Source: an uncultured Planctomycetota bacterium
GTDB taxonomy: Bacteria > Planctomycetota > Planctomycetia > Isosphaerales > Isosphaeraceae
Assembly: GCA_963845755.1 (NCBI GenBank)
Contig: CAWJTV010000036.1
Span: forward strand, 448,001 to 512,000
DNA: 64,000 nucleotides
Direction of reading: 5' to 3'
The position numbers and the translations under genes were made by a program. Below, in pieces: positions 36,912-45,754 of this stretch. Below the pieces are notes generated by a model. It did not search any database. It had not been told where the DNA came from and saw only the letters and a program-made list of their open reading frames with translations. The number at the start of each line of letters is the position of its first letter. Position 1 is the first letter of the stretch.

Positions 36912-37730
36912 ATGGTTCCGATGAATTCGAATGCTCATCGCGATCGCAGCGGCCGGGGCCATCGTCGCGGTCGGCCCTCGATCGAGGCCCTGGAATCCCG
37001 CGACCTGCTCGCGTCGCATCCGCTCGGGCCGGCCCTCCCGGGGAGGCACTATCCGGCGCAGGACGTGCAACAATTCGTCCCGATCCTCTATCCGCCCGGG
37101 ACGCCCCAGCCGACAGCGGCCGAGGTCCAGCGTGAGTCGTTCGTCTTCAAGGGCATCGGACATTACACGATCGGCCCGGGTGGTTTCAGCGATCAGGCGA
37201 TCCAGATCCACGGCTACGGCAAGCCAGGGACCAGCAACCAGTCCCGGCGGTTCTACTTCCAGTTCGCCATCTTCGAGCCGTCGAGCACCGCGCCGAGCCA
37301 GTTGGTCTACGGGAACATCAGCTTCGTCGGGGGGAACTACCTGAATAACAGCTCGACGCTGATCACCGACCTCGTCGGGCCGAAGGGCACCGAGGTGGAC
37401 GGCCTCCCGACCCACCTCTACTGGGTCTCGGACGTCAATCAATCCAGCTCCGGGCCGTTCGCCGAGACGGGGACGGCCTTCCCCGGCCGGGCCAACTTCC
37501 CGTCAAACTATTTCAACGCCCAGGGCGTGCCGGTCAGTCCCCTTAGCCAGGGCCTGCCCCCGGCCAGCGTGAACGATTGGGGCCTTTCGCTTGGCGATGC
37601 CTCCTTCAAGTACGTCCCCGATGTGCATCCCGCGAGAGGGAGCCTCGGCTCGGGCACAGTCATCGTCACGATGCACGGCCTGATGAATAACTCCGGCGCC
37701 CAAAGCCAGATCGATAAGAACATCAATTGA
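36912..37730 (+). CDS. Hypothetical LEPR-XLL protein, paralogue 3
   Basis: RRGRPSIEALESRDLLA; PQPTAAEVQRESFVFKGIGHYTIGPGGFSDQ; GTVIVTMHGLMNNSG. Confidence 0.85.
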   Translation: MVPMNSNAHRDRSGRGHRRGRPSIEALESRDLLASHPLGPALPGRHYPAQDVQQFVPILYPPGTPQPTAAEVQRESFVFKGIGHYTIGPGGFSDQAIQIHGYGKPGTSNQSRRFYFQFAIFEPSSTAPSQLVYGNISFVGGNYLNNSSTLITDLVGPKGTEVDGLPTHLYWVSDVNQSSSGPFAETGTAFPGRANFPSNYFNAQGVPVSPLSQGLPPASVNDWGLSLGDASFKYVPDVHPARGSLGSGTVIVTMHGLMNNSGAQSQIDKNIN

Positions 37731-37903
37731 CCGAGGGCGGCTGGGTCCCGGAATTCTCGAGACTCGCTTTGGCACGGAGCTTCCGAGAATTCGTATAGTT
37801 AAGGATGTCGGGACGTCTCCAGCAAGCTCGGGTTGCGTCAGCCGGGTGAGGAAGCGGTGCTGCTGGAGTGCGGGGCCGATCCGGATGAAACCGAGGATCT
37901 CAG

Positions 37904-38887
37904 ATGAGTTTCCCCTCGCGAGATGATGCTGGGACGTCTCGTCCCGACGAGCTGAACGCGTCCGATCGGATCCTGCTCCTGGCACTGCGCGTTTGGGGCG
38001 GTGAAGTCAGGGGCGACCTCGCGGATCCATCCCGATCGAGCCTCTGGGATCGACTCGAGTCCTCATGGGCTCAGCGGCTTCGCGACGCCGAGGGCGACGA
38101 ACGCGATCGAGGCACGGCGCGCGGGGACCTCGAACGCTCTCACCGGACCGAGGCCCGTGTCGATCCGGATCGCGTGCATCCCAGTTGGTGGGTCCGTGCC
38201 CTGAGGGAGGAGTCGCCATCGGTCCGGAGGATCGTCGCGGCAACCGCGCCGCAGTCGGTTCGCAATGCGGTACAGGCCGGACTCCTGCTCGACAACGACG
38301 ATCTCCGAGTCGACCGGTCGGCTGATCCCGAGGTCCTGGCCTGGGTCTGGTCGCTCTGGAGCGAGCGGCTCGTCGGTGGTGAGCCGGAGCGGGCCGACGA
38401 TCCGCCGGCCATCGTCGCGATGACGGCTCTCTCGCTCCGGACCGGTTATCAACTTTGCCGGCTCACCGGGCTCGCGAAGCGAGCCCTTGCCGGCCAGGAG
38501 GGAGTCGTCGCCGCAACGACACCGGCCTGTCGCGTGCGAACCGAATGGTTCCGGCAGCGCCTCGGCTCCGCGGGCCCGGAGTTCGAGGCCGTCGCGCGGC
38601 ATGACATCCGATCCCATCCGGCGACGAACCTGCCCCGGCGCCGGCGCACGGCCCGGCTGGGGCTGCTGACGATCGCACGCCTGCTGGCCGACGGCGAGCC
38701 GTTCCGTGTCCGCTGGGCGCTCCAGCACTGGCCTTACACGATCGCCAAACTGACCCGCTCCCTGATGCCGACGGAATCGAAACGGACTTCCGTCGTCGCT
38801 CAGGTCGAGTCGCTGGTCTTGAAATCGGCGTGGGATCGGCTCAACCTGGAAGGACGTTCGTCGCGGGCCTGGCCGGGCTCGCATTGA
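37904..38887 (+). CDS. Hypothetical protein, possibly SctK/YscK-like type III sorting-platform protein
   Basis: 327-aa helical-looking ORF with VHPSW motif, directly upstream of the SctQ/FliN-like gene; functional call is inference. Confidence 0.55.
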   Translation: MSFPSRDDAGTSRPDELNASDRILLLALRVWGGEVRGDLADPSRSSLWDRLESSWAQRLRDAEGDERDRGTARGDLERSHRTEARVDPDRVHPSWWVRALREESPSVRRIVAATAPQSVRNAVQAGLLLDNDDLRVDRSADPEVLAWVWSLWSERLVGGEPERADDPPAIVAMTALSLRTGYQLCRLTGLAKRALAGQEGVVAATTPACRVRTEWFRQRLGSAGPEFEAVARHDIRSHPATNLPRRRRTARLGLLTIARLLADGEPFRVRWALQHWPYTIAKLTRSLMPTESKRTSVVAQVESLVLKSAWDRLNLEGRSSRAWPGSH

Positions 38888-38909
38888 CAACCATGGGGAG
38901 CCACACGAC

Positions 38910-40238
38910 TTGAGCCACGCGGAAACGATCTCAACGATAGAATGGCAATCGGATTCGGAGGAGGCGATCTCGGGCCCCGGACCGGTCGGACCGGCCGCGG
39001 ACGCCGAGCCGCTCGGCTGGCTGCCGCGGCTGACGAACCGTCAAATGCGGCTCGAGCGCTGGCTCTCCTCATGGAGCCGGGACGGCCGAGTCCCTCCGTC
39101 TCTCGACTGGCTGGACGAAGGTTGCGGTGGCACGATCGCACTCGAACGGCCCGAGGTCCTCTGGCGCGCCTCGGGGCTGAATCGCCCCGGCCTGATCGCG
39201 CAGTTCACGGCACCACGGTTGGCGACTCGATTGGCGATGGGGATCGAGAATGCCCTGGCGCACGTCATCGTCGATCGCCTCCTCGGCTACGACCGTCCCT
39301 TCGCCGAGGGCCGGCTTCAGTTGACGCCCGTCGAATGGGGTGTCTGGACGTTCCTGATCCTCCGGGCCCTGGACTCGATGGGTTCCGGCACCGCGGGAGA
39401 AGGCCCGGACGGGCTCAGGGCGCTCGGGCCTGGCGACCTGACGCTCGACCGGGCCGGGCCTGACCCGTTCGACACGTCGCGACTCGGGCCGATCGTGACC
39501 ATTCGATGGCCGCTTCGCGTCGGGACGACCACCGGCGGCGTCCGGCTCTGGCTCCCCGAGCCGGTGGTCGAGCGCTGGCTGGATTCTCCGAACCGGATGC
39601 CTGTCCCCGGCACCGGAACCTCCGACTCTGCCGGCCGTGGAGAGCCGGTCCCCCGCGTACCGCGTGGCGAGCTCTCGGGCGTGTGGCGGGCCGAGGCCGG
39701 GTCCGTTGCGATGTCTCAGGGATTGAAGCGGTTGCGGGTCGGTGGCGTGCTCCCACTCGGCGCCTCTCGCCTCACGGGCACGCCGACGAGCCCCGTCGGA
39801 CCCATCGATCTGATCCTCGACCTGCAGGGCCAGGAGGGCCGATTCCGCATCCCGGTCCAGCCGGTTCCCGACTCGGGCGGCCGGCTCGTCCGCCTCGACA
39901 GCGGCCCGACCCACGAACATCGGCCCCGCGATCCGATCCTCGTCAACGTCAAGGAAAATCGAACGATGAGCCAGCCCAGTGCCGGATCCAACCCGCCTCC
40001 CGCGACCGCGCCGGAGGTCGCTCCCCTCGATGTCCCAGTCACCCTGGCCGTCGAGCTGGGCCGGGTCAACATGACGCTCAGCCGCCTGGCCGACCTCAAG
40101 CCGGGCGACGTCATCGAGCTGAGCCGGCATAGCCGCGCACCCGTCGAATTGACCTCAAACGGCCGACTCGTCGCCCGCGGCGAGCTCATCCTCATCGACA
40201 CTGACCTGGGCGTTAGAGTGACGAGTGTGTTTCTGTAG
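38910..40238 (+). CDS. FliM/FliN (SpoA domain) family protein, SctQ/YscQ-like
   Basis: C-terminal LDVPVTLAVELGRVNMTLSRLADLKPGDVIEL...VELTSNGRLVARGELILID..LGVRVT; degenerate upstream SPOA-like segment; FliM-like middle region. Confidence 0.88.
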   Translation: MSHAETISTIEWQSDSEEAISGPGPVGPAADAEPLGWLPRLTNRQMRLERWLSSWSRDGRVPPSLDWLDEGCGGTIALERPEVLWRASGLNRPGLIAQFTAPRLATRLAMGIENALAHVIVDRLLGYDRPFAEGRLQLTPVEWGVWTFLILRALDSMGSGTAGEGPDGLRALGPGDLTLDRAGPDPFDTSRLGPIVTIRWPLRVGTTTGGVRLWLPEPVVERWLDSPNRMPVPGTGTSDSAGRGEPVPRVPRGELSGVWRAEAGSVAMSQGLKRLRVGGVLPLGASRLTGTPTSPVGPIDLILDLQGQEGRFRIPVQPVPDSGGRLVRLDSGPTHEHRPRDPILVNVKENRTMSQPSAGSNPPPATAPEVAPLDVPVTLAVELGRVNMTLSRLADLKPGDVIELSRHSRAPVELTSNGRLVARGELILIDTDLGVRVTSVFL

Positions 40239-40277
40239 GACTCGTCGAAAACCAGGGAGAATCCTGACCATCTGGGC

Positions 40278-41003
40278 TCATCGGTGATCCCGGACGTTGG
40301 CCAGGGTGACATCGATCTCAGGCGTCGCAACTTCGCCGCGAGCAGATGGTTCGGCGAGCCGTCTTGAATCGTCATCCCCAAGATACTCTTCCAACCAGCT
40401 CGCCTCGTTCCGATAGGGAGTGTCCTCTAACTCCTTGAGAATCGCGGCCGCACAGCGCGGCATGAGGTCGGGTGGGAGGGCGAGAAGGGCCAGATAGGCT
40501 TGGGCAGGAGTCGCATGCTCTATGGTCTTCCGCACCATCCACGTCCAGTCGGCCGCTTCATAAGAAGCACGGTGCTCGGTGAAACATTTGACGACGATTT
40601 GACGGACCAAATGGAACACGGGTTCTGTAAGCTCGACGGAATGCTCTTCGAGCACCTCATGAAGGGCGTGCAACAAATCGGATGCGCATGCACCGGGCGT
40701 GCTTATGACGGCTTGCAGTAGGCGGTCGAGCATCCAACTCGACCAGCGCGGCTCATTCGTGTCCAGGTAAAGCCCGAGCAGCATGAGCTTCGACGCATGA
40801 ATACGATCGACCTCTGAAACTGAGACGTCGCTCGTCGTGGGCCAAACCGCCGACTTGCATCCGAGAAATCGGACCGCGCTGCCATAGGCAATCCGAGTCT
40901 CCACAGGCAGTTTGGCAAATACCTCGCATGCCGACTCGCTGAGCGAGCGGCTGTTCCGTACTTCGTGCTCGACTCGTTGCGTGAAGTCTCTTGTATTAGT
41001 CAT
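40278..41003 (-). CDS. Hypothetical protein, visibly lower GC than flanks
   Basis: C-terminal 241 aa of ORF 40278..42314 from MTNTRDF; fills the gap between the sctQ-like and GT-C genes. Confidence 0.6.
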   Translation of the reverse strand: MTNTRDFTQRVEHEVRNSRSLSESACEVFAKLPVETRIAYGSAVRFLGCKSAVWPTTSDVSVSEVDRIHASKLMLLGLYLDTNEPRWSSWMLDRLLQAVISTPGACASDLLHALHEVLEEHSVELTEPVFHLVRQIVVKCFTEHRASYEAADWTWMVRKTIEHATPAQAYLALLALPPDLMPRCAAAILKELEDTPYRNEASWLEEYLGDDDSRRLAEPSARGEVATPEIDVTLANVRDHR

Positions 41004-41050
41004 GGACCATAATCCTGATGATGGTGTCAGGCAAGACCTGTCCCGCCTGA

Positions 41051-42571
41051 TTACACCGGATAGACCACCTGGATCATCGACTGGAGGGCCAGGGTCTGGA
41101 CTCCGATGAGCGCGACCGACAGACCCAGGGTCACTGGCCCTCCGTCGAGTCGATGCAGGGCCTGTCCCGCGGCGACGAGCAAGGATGGCGTGAAGAGCAT
41201 CCAGAGCCGGGCGACTTCGCCCATGTTGCGGCCGGTCAGGTTCACGAGGACCAGGACGAGGAGCGTGGCCCACACCGACAACGGCACGGTGCGTGGGGCA
41301 AGCAGCCCGGCCGCGCACCAGACGACTGCGGGCAAACCGATGGCGATCGCCAACTCGATCGGATTGACCCACAGCCAGAGCCGGTAAGTGCGGGGATACT
41401 CGAGGTAGAATCGCGCGTGATGGTGCAGGTTCCACCCCCAGACGATGAAGGGATCGGCTCTGGTGACCAGCCACCCCGCGAGCACGAAGGCCAGGAAGCC
41501 GGCGCCGATCGCAAGGATCAGCAGGGCGCGCACTCCCGGCCGGATCGACCTGTTGAGGCCGACGATCAGCGCGGTGATCAGTCCCACCGGCAGGAATGCG
41601 AGCGAAAAGATCATCCCGAACGCCATCACGATCCCTGAGGCCGCGGCGAGCAGGAGCGCGACCAGGGCCGGCCGTTGGTGACCTTTCTGAGAGCGCACCG
41701 CCCAGGCGGCCAGGGCCCAGGCCGACGTCGAGAGCAAGGGGTAAGTCGTATCCGCTCCGGGTTGGAATAGGTTGGCGGCCGGTGCCAGCGGCCAGAGTGC
41801 TGCCGCGGCCCAGGCCGCGGGCGCCGGCAATGCGACCCGCGCCAGCAGGTACAGCGGCACGACCGTCCCGGCGCAAGCCAGGAGCGTCAATAACGCCGTG
41901 GCGTACAGACTCGCCCGTTCCGACTGCCGGATCGGCTGCCCGTCCACGCCCTCGAGCTGGCGAAAGGCCAACTGAACAGAGGGCGGCATGTGGTCTACCA
42001 GGAAACCGGCCAGCGCCGGGTTCTGGTCCATCGTGCGCAGCAGGATGCACTGGGCCACGATCAAGCCAGGTGGATGCGTTCCAATGTGCAGCGAGTCCTG
42101 GCGGCGAATCCATTCGGGATACCTGGCCAGGAACTGCCAGGGATGCTGCGCGGCTTGATCCCGGGCGATCTTGAAATAACCGGTCGAACCGGACAGGTAG
42201 TTGACATAAGCCCACTTGGTCAGATCGTACTCGTCGGGTGCTCCCAGGGGGACCGCGACCTGCACGGCGACCGCGGCCAGCAAGAGGGCGCCCACCCATC
42301 GCGTCTCGGACCATCGACTAGCGAGTCTCCTCAAGGCGCACAACCCCAGGCCGGCGAACCCGGCATAAGCCGCGACGCCCAGGCCCGCCAGGGTCAGCCA
42401 GCTCCACGGGAGCGGGACCATCGGCTTGATGCGCTCCCACCGCCATTCCCCGCGGATGCCCAGTGGCAACTGTCGGGTCTTGACGACGACCGCCAGCCCG
42501 ATCACCAGCGCAGCCTGGAGGGTCAGGATCAGCCCAAGCTTCAGTCTCATCACGACGATCTTAGCTTGCAC
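41051..42571 (-). CDS. Polytopic membrane protein, putative GT-C glycosyltransferase
   Basis: Multiple TM helices, HIGTHPPG loop, GEVARLW motif. Confidence 0.7.
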   Translation of the reverse strand: MQAKIVVMRLKLGLILTLQAALVIGLAVVVKTRQLPLGIRGEWRWERIKPMVPLPWSWLTLAGLGVAAYAGFAGLGLCALRRLASRWSETRWVGALLLAAVAVQVAVPLGAPDEYDLTKWAYVNYLSGSTGYFKIARDQAAQHPWQFLARYPEWIRRQDSLHIGTHPPGLIVAQCILLRTMDQNPALAGFLVDHMPPSVQLAFRQLEGVDGQPIRQSERASLYATALLTLLACAGTVVPLYLLARVALPAPAAWAAAALWPLAPAANLFQPGADTTYPLLSTSAWALAAWAVRSQKGHQRPALVALLLAAASGIVMAFGMIFSLAFLPVGLITALIVGLNRSIRPGVRALLILAIGAGFLAFVLAGWLVTRADPFIVWGWNLHHHARFYLEYPRTYRLWLWVNPIELAIAIGLPAVVWCAAGLLAPRTVPLSVWATLLVLVLVNLTGRNMGEVARLWMLFTPSLLVAAGQALHRLDGGPVTLGLSVALIGVQTLALQSMIQVVYPV

Positions 42572-42808
42572 CCGCGCCCCGGGCGAGGTGGGTTCTCCAG
42601 GGATTTCCTCGCGGGACGGTCCGGGTTCCCAGGATCGAGCCGATCGCCAAAAAAGCGGCGGTCGGTTGCGATGGCGGGCCGAGCATGTTCTGATCGTGAA
42701 TCGTCTCTCGGCTGGTCCTGGGAGCGGAGGCCGGTTTCAGACCCCCGGCGCAGTCGCCTCCCGGATTGGCCGGCCGGAGGGAACCCCACCGAACCGGAGA
42801 TCTTGCCG

Positions 42809-44232
42809 ATGCACTTCAACGAGACTACTCCCTCCGTCCAGCCGGACCTTGGGCATCAGGGCGCCTGGTGGAAGGAGTTGACGCGATACCAGTGGTTCGT
42901 GTTCATCGTCGCCTCGCTGGGCTGGCTGTTCGACACTATGGACCAACAGCTCTTCAACCTGGCCCGTCAACCGGCGATGACGGAACTCGTCGGCGCGACT
43001 GCCGGCGATCCGTCGGCAGCCGGTAAGGTCGCCGAGGCGGCCGGGATGGCCACGACCATTTTCATCGTCGGTTGGGCGATCGGCGGCTTGATTTTCGGGA
43101 TCATGGGCGATCGGATCGGCCGGGTCAAGACGATGATGATCACGATCCTGTTGTACTCCGCCTTCACCGGTCTGAGTGCACTTTCCAGGGGAGTCTGGGA
43201 CTTCGCGGCCTATCGATTCTTGACGGGGCTCGGTGTTGGTGGCGAGTTCGCAGTCGGAGTGACACTCGTCGCGGAGGTGATGTCGGATCGGGCCCGACCG
43301 CACGCGCTGGGCTGGCTTCAGGCGCTCTCGGCGATCGGGAACGTCGGAGCCGCGATCTTGAGCCTGGGCATGACCCGCCTGGAGGAGATCCATGTCATCG
43401 GGAGTTACTGGCGCGGAATGTTCTTGATCGGCATCGTCCCGGCTCTGCTGACGATACCGATCTTCCTCCGCGTCAGCGAGCCGGAGAAATGGAAGGCCGC
43501 GGCCGCCAAGCGCGCCGCGAGGCGGGACGAGGAATTGGCGGATGCTTCCCCTCAACTGGGCTCGCTCCGCGATCTCTTCGGCACTCCCCGATGGCGGCAC
43601 CACACGATCGTCGGAATGATACTCGCCCTTGCCGGTGTGATCGGACTCTGGGGGATCGGCTTCTTCAGCCCGGACCTGACCCGCTCCGTCTTTCGCGCGT
43701 CCTATAAAGCCCAGGGACTCAGCGACGGCGAAATCACGTCCAAGCTGAACTATCTGGCCTCGATCGTGTTCCTGGTCCAGAACATCGGTGCGTTCTTCGG
43801 TATTTACGCGTTTAGCAAGATCACTCACAGGCTCGGGCGCCGGCCAACCTTCGCCATCTTCTTCGTCCTCGCGATGCTGTCAACGGGTTTGACCTTCGGC
43901 TTTGTCGGGAAGGTCTTCGGCTACTGGGACGTCTTCTGGATGATTCCGCTGATGGGTTTCTGTCAGATCGCCCTTTTCGGTGGTTATGCCATCTACTTCC
44001 CGGAGCTCTTCCCCACGCACCTGCGGAGTACCGGCACGTCGTTTTGCTACAACGTCGGCCGCTTGGTCGCGGCGCCGGATCGACGGTCCTCAAGCTGCTG
44101 GAAAGCCGGGTGTTCAAAGGCTATTCCGATCCGGCACGATTCGCCGGCATGGCGATGTGTTGTGCCTTCCTCATCGGGCTGCTGGCCTTGCCGTTTGCCC
44201 CGGAGACCAAGGATCAGCCACTGCCGGAGTGA
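42809..44232 (+). CDS. MFS transporter (sialate/sugar-acid-like); frameshift near 44078
   Basis: LGWLFDTMD, GDRIGRVKTM, RFLTGLGVGGEF, PELFPTHLRSTG..FCYNVGR, APETK. Confidence 0.92.
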
Positions 44233-44244
44233 ACGAGGACACCC

Positions 44245-45555
44245 CTATTCGGGTCTTGGAGTCGGGGCAGCCGGAGGAGCCCCGGACTTCATCTCGTGGA
44301 GGAGAAGCTCGCGCAGCTTCCGTTCATCGAGCTCGAGATCGCCTTTTCTGGAAAGTTCCTTCGCCCAGAAATCGACAAGGTCCTTCAGCACCTGATCACC
44401 ATGGGCGGTGCTGTCCATTCGCAGCGACTTCAGCAGATTGGCGTTCTGCTGGATCGAGCCCGTGATTTCCTGAAGAGCAGCGTGAAGTCGGTCGATCTCT
44501 ACGGTTTTCTTGACGACCTCATTTCGGCCGACGATCAGGCGATCTCCCGGGAAGAGTTGATAGTTCAGACGAGCGTTCCCCTGCTCCTGAATCGCGGCGA
44601 GATCGACCTTGTAGACCTTGGCCGGCATGTCGCCGCGCCCCGGCCGCACCAGCCGAATGTCCTTGGGCTCGGCCGTGGGTAGCAGGCCGCTGGCGTATTG
44701 CAATGCGTCGAGTACGGTCTCGTGCCCGGTCCAGGGCAGCTTGCCAGGGACCAAGACATCCCCAAGCACATAGTAGTTTGCGGAGTTATAGGCCGTGACG
44801 TACACCATAACGCTAAGACTTTCCTCCGGCGGCACAATCCTCCCTGGGCTTTCAGCTTGATCCCGATCCAGCCCCGATGGCGGCTCAGCCGGAACCGGCT
44901 CGGGGAGGGACCGAGCTCCCTCGATCTTGGTGGAGACCTCCGTCTCCCCGAAAGGACTCCTTGCCGGAACAACGCCCTTGGGCGCGGGCAGATCGAAGGG
45001 ACCGTTCGCGGGCGGCTGCTCTTCCTCCGCTTCGATCATGGGGGAGGATACCAGCCCCAAGGTCTCATCGTCGAGATACTTCCGGAGATGCTTGATGAGA
45101 GCGACTTTGATCTGCTGGGGAGTCAACCCTCTGACGTAGACCTGACCGTAAAACCCCACATCAATCTTCCCATCGGGTTGGACCAACCGCGCTCCGCTGA
45201 TCGGCCGGCCGGGCAGAGACTCGAGGACTTCAACGAGGACTTGATCGGGTGGCTCGACGATGTTGGGAAGGCTGATCATCGCCCCCTCGTGAGGGGGCGG
45301 GTCGTCGGGGATCGGCGGCCGGGGATGAGGATTGAGGTCGTAGGCCGCCAACATCTTGTCGATCTCATTCTTCGCGTTCGATCGGTCTTTGATCGGATCC
45401 GATCGCGGCGGATGGGCTTTGTCGGTTTCGGTCACCGGCCTCCCGGCCTTCGGCTTTTCTTTCTCCTGCGGTCCGGCCGCGACCGCCACCACGATCATCA
45501 ACAGCGCACCGGAGGCGCACAGAGACACAATGAATCCCAGCGATCGTCGGAACAT
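44245..45555 (-). CDS. Polysaccharide biosynthesis/export (Wza-like, Poly_export + SLBB) protein, copy 1
   Basis: VEPPDQVLVEV, LVQPDGKIDVGFYGQVYVRGLT, YYVLGDVLVPGKLP, ETVLDALQYA, NYQLFPGDRLIV. Confidence 0.9.
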   Translation of the reverse strand: MFRRSLGFIVSLCASGALLMIVVAVAAGPQEKEKPKAGRPVTETDKAHPPRSDPIKDRSNAKNEIDKMLAAYDLNPHPRPPIPDDPPPHEGAMISLPNIVEPPDQVLVEVLESLPGRPISGARLVQPDGKIDVGFYGQVYVRGLTPQQIKVALIKHLRKYLDDETLGLVSSPMIEAEEEQPPANGPFDLPAPKGVVPARSPFGETEVSTKIEGARSLPEPVPAEPPSGLDRDQAESPGRIVPPEESLSVMVYVTAYNSANYYVLGDVLVPGKLPWTGHETVLDALQYASGLLPTAEPKDIRLVRPGRGDMPAKVYKVDLAAIQEQGNARLNYQLFPGDRLIVGRNEVVKKTVEIDRLHAALQEITGSIQQNANLLKSLRMDSTAHGDQVLKDLVDFWAKELSRKGDLELDERKLRELLLHEMKSGAPPAAPTPRPE

Positions 45556-45619
45556 GGACGTGAGCCCTTCGCGTTGAAGTGGAAGCGCGATCATCTCGGA
45601 AAACGAAGGATCAGTCCGC

Positions 45620-45648
45620 ACAGTAACGGAGACCGCGCATCAACGCAA
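45620..45648 (-). promoter_or_regulatory. Putative sigma70 promoter of Wza-like copy 1
   Basis: TTGCGT-17 nt-TACTGT on minus strand; hexamers identical in the duplicate copy. Confidence 0.55.
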
Positions 45649-45670
45649 GCATGACGAAGACGCGAGGTGC

Positions 45671-45742
45671 GCAGTCTTCCTGACCGGGATGCTCGCGCTG
45701 CCGTTCGCTCCCGAGACCAGGGGACTGTCACTCTCCGAGTGA
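45671..45742 (+). pseudogene. Duplicated 3' remnant of the MFS gene
   Basis: Translates AVFLTGMLALPFAPETRGLSLSE* versus MFS end CAFLIGLLALPFAPETKDQPLPE*. Confidence 0.8.
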
Positions 45743-45754
45743 ACGTGGCCGCCC

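Noticed and set aside
41004..42314. 678-aa ORF 40278..42314 as one protein
   Set aside because: The upstream part is an alternate frame of the 41051..42571 gene; only the part from 41003 looks coding
41990..42808. N-terminal 270 aa of the 801-aa ORF as an MFS fusion
   Set aside because: Overlaps the GT-C-like gene on the opposite strand; the MFS plausibly starts at ATG 42809
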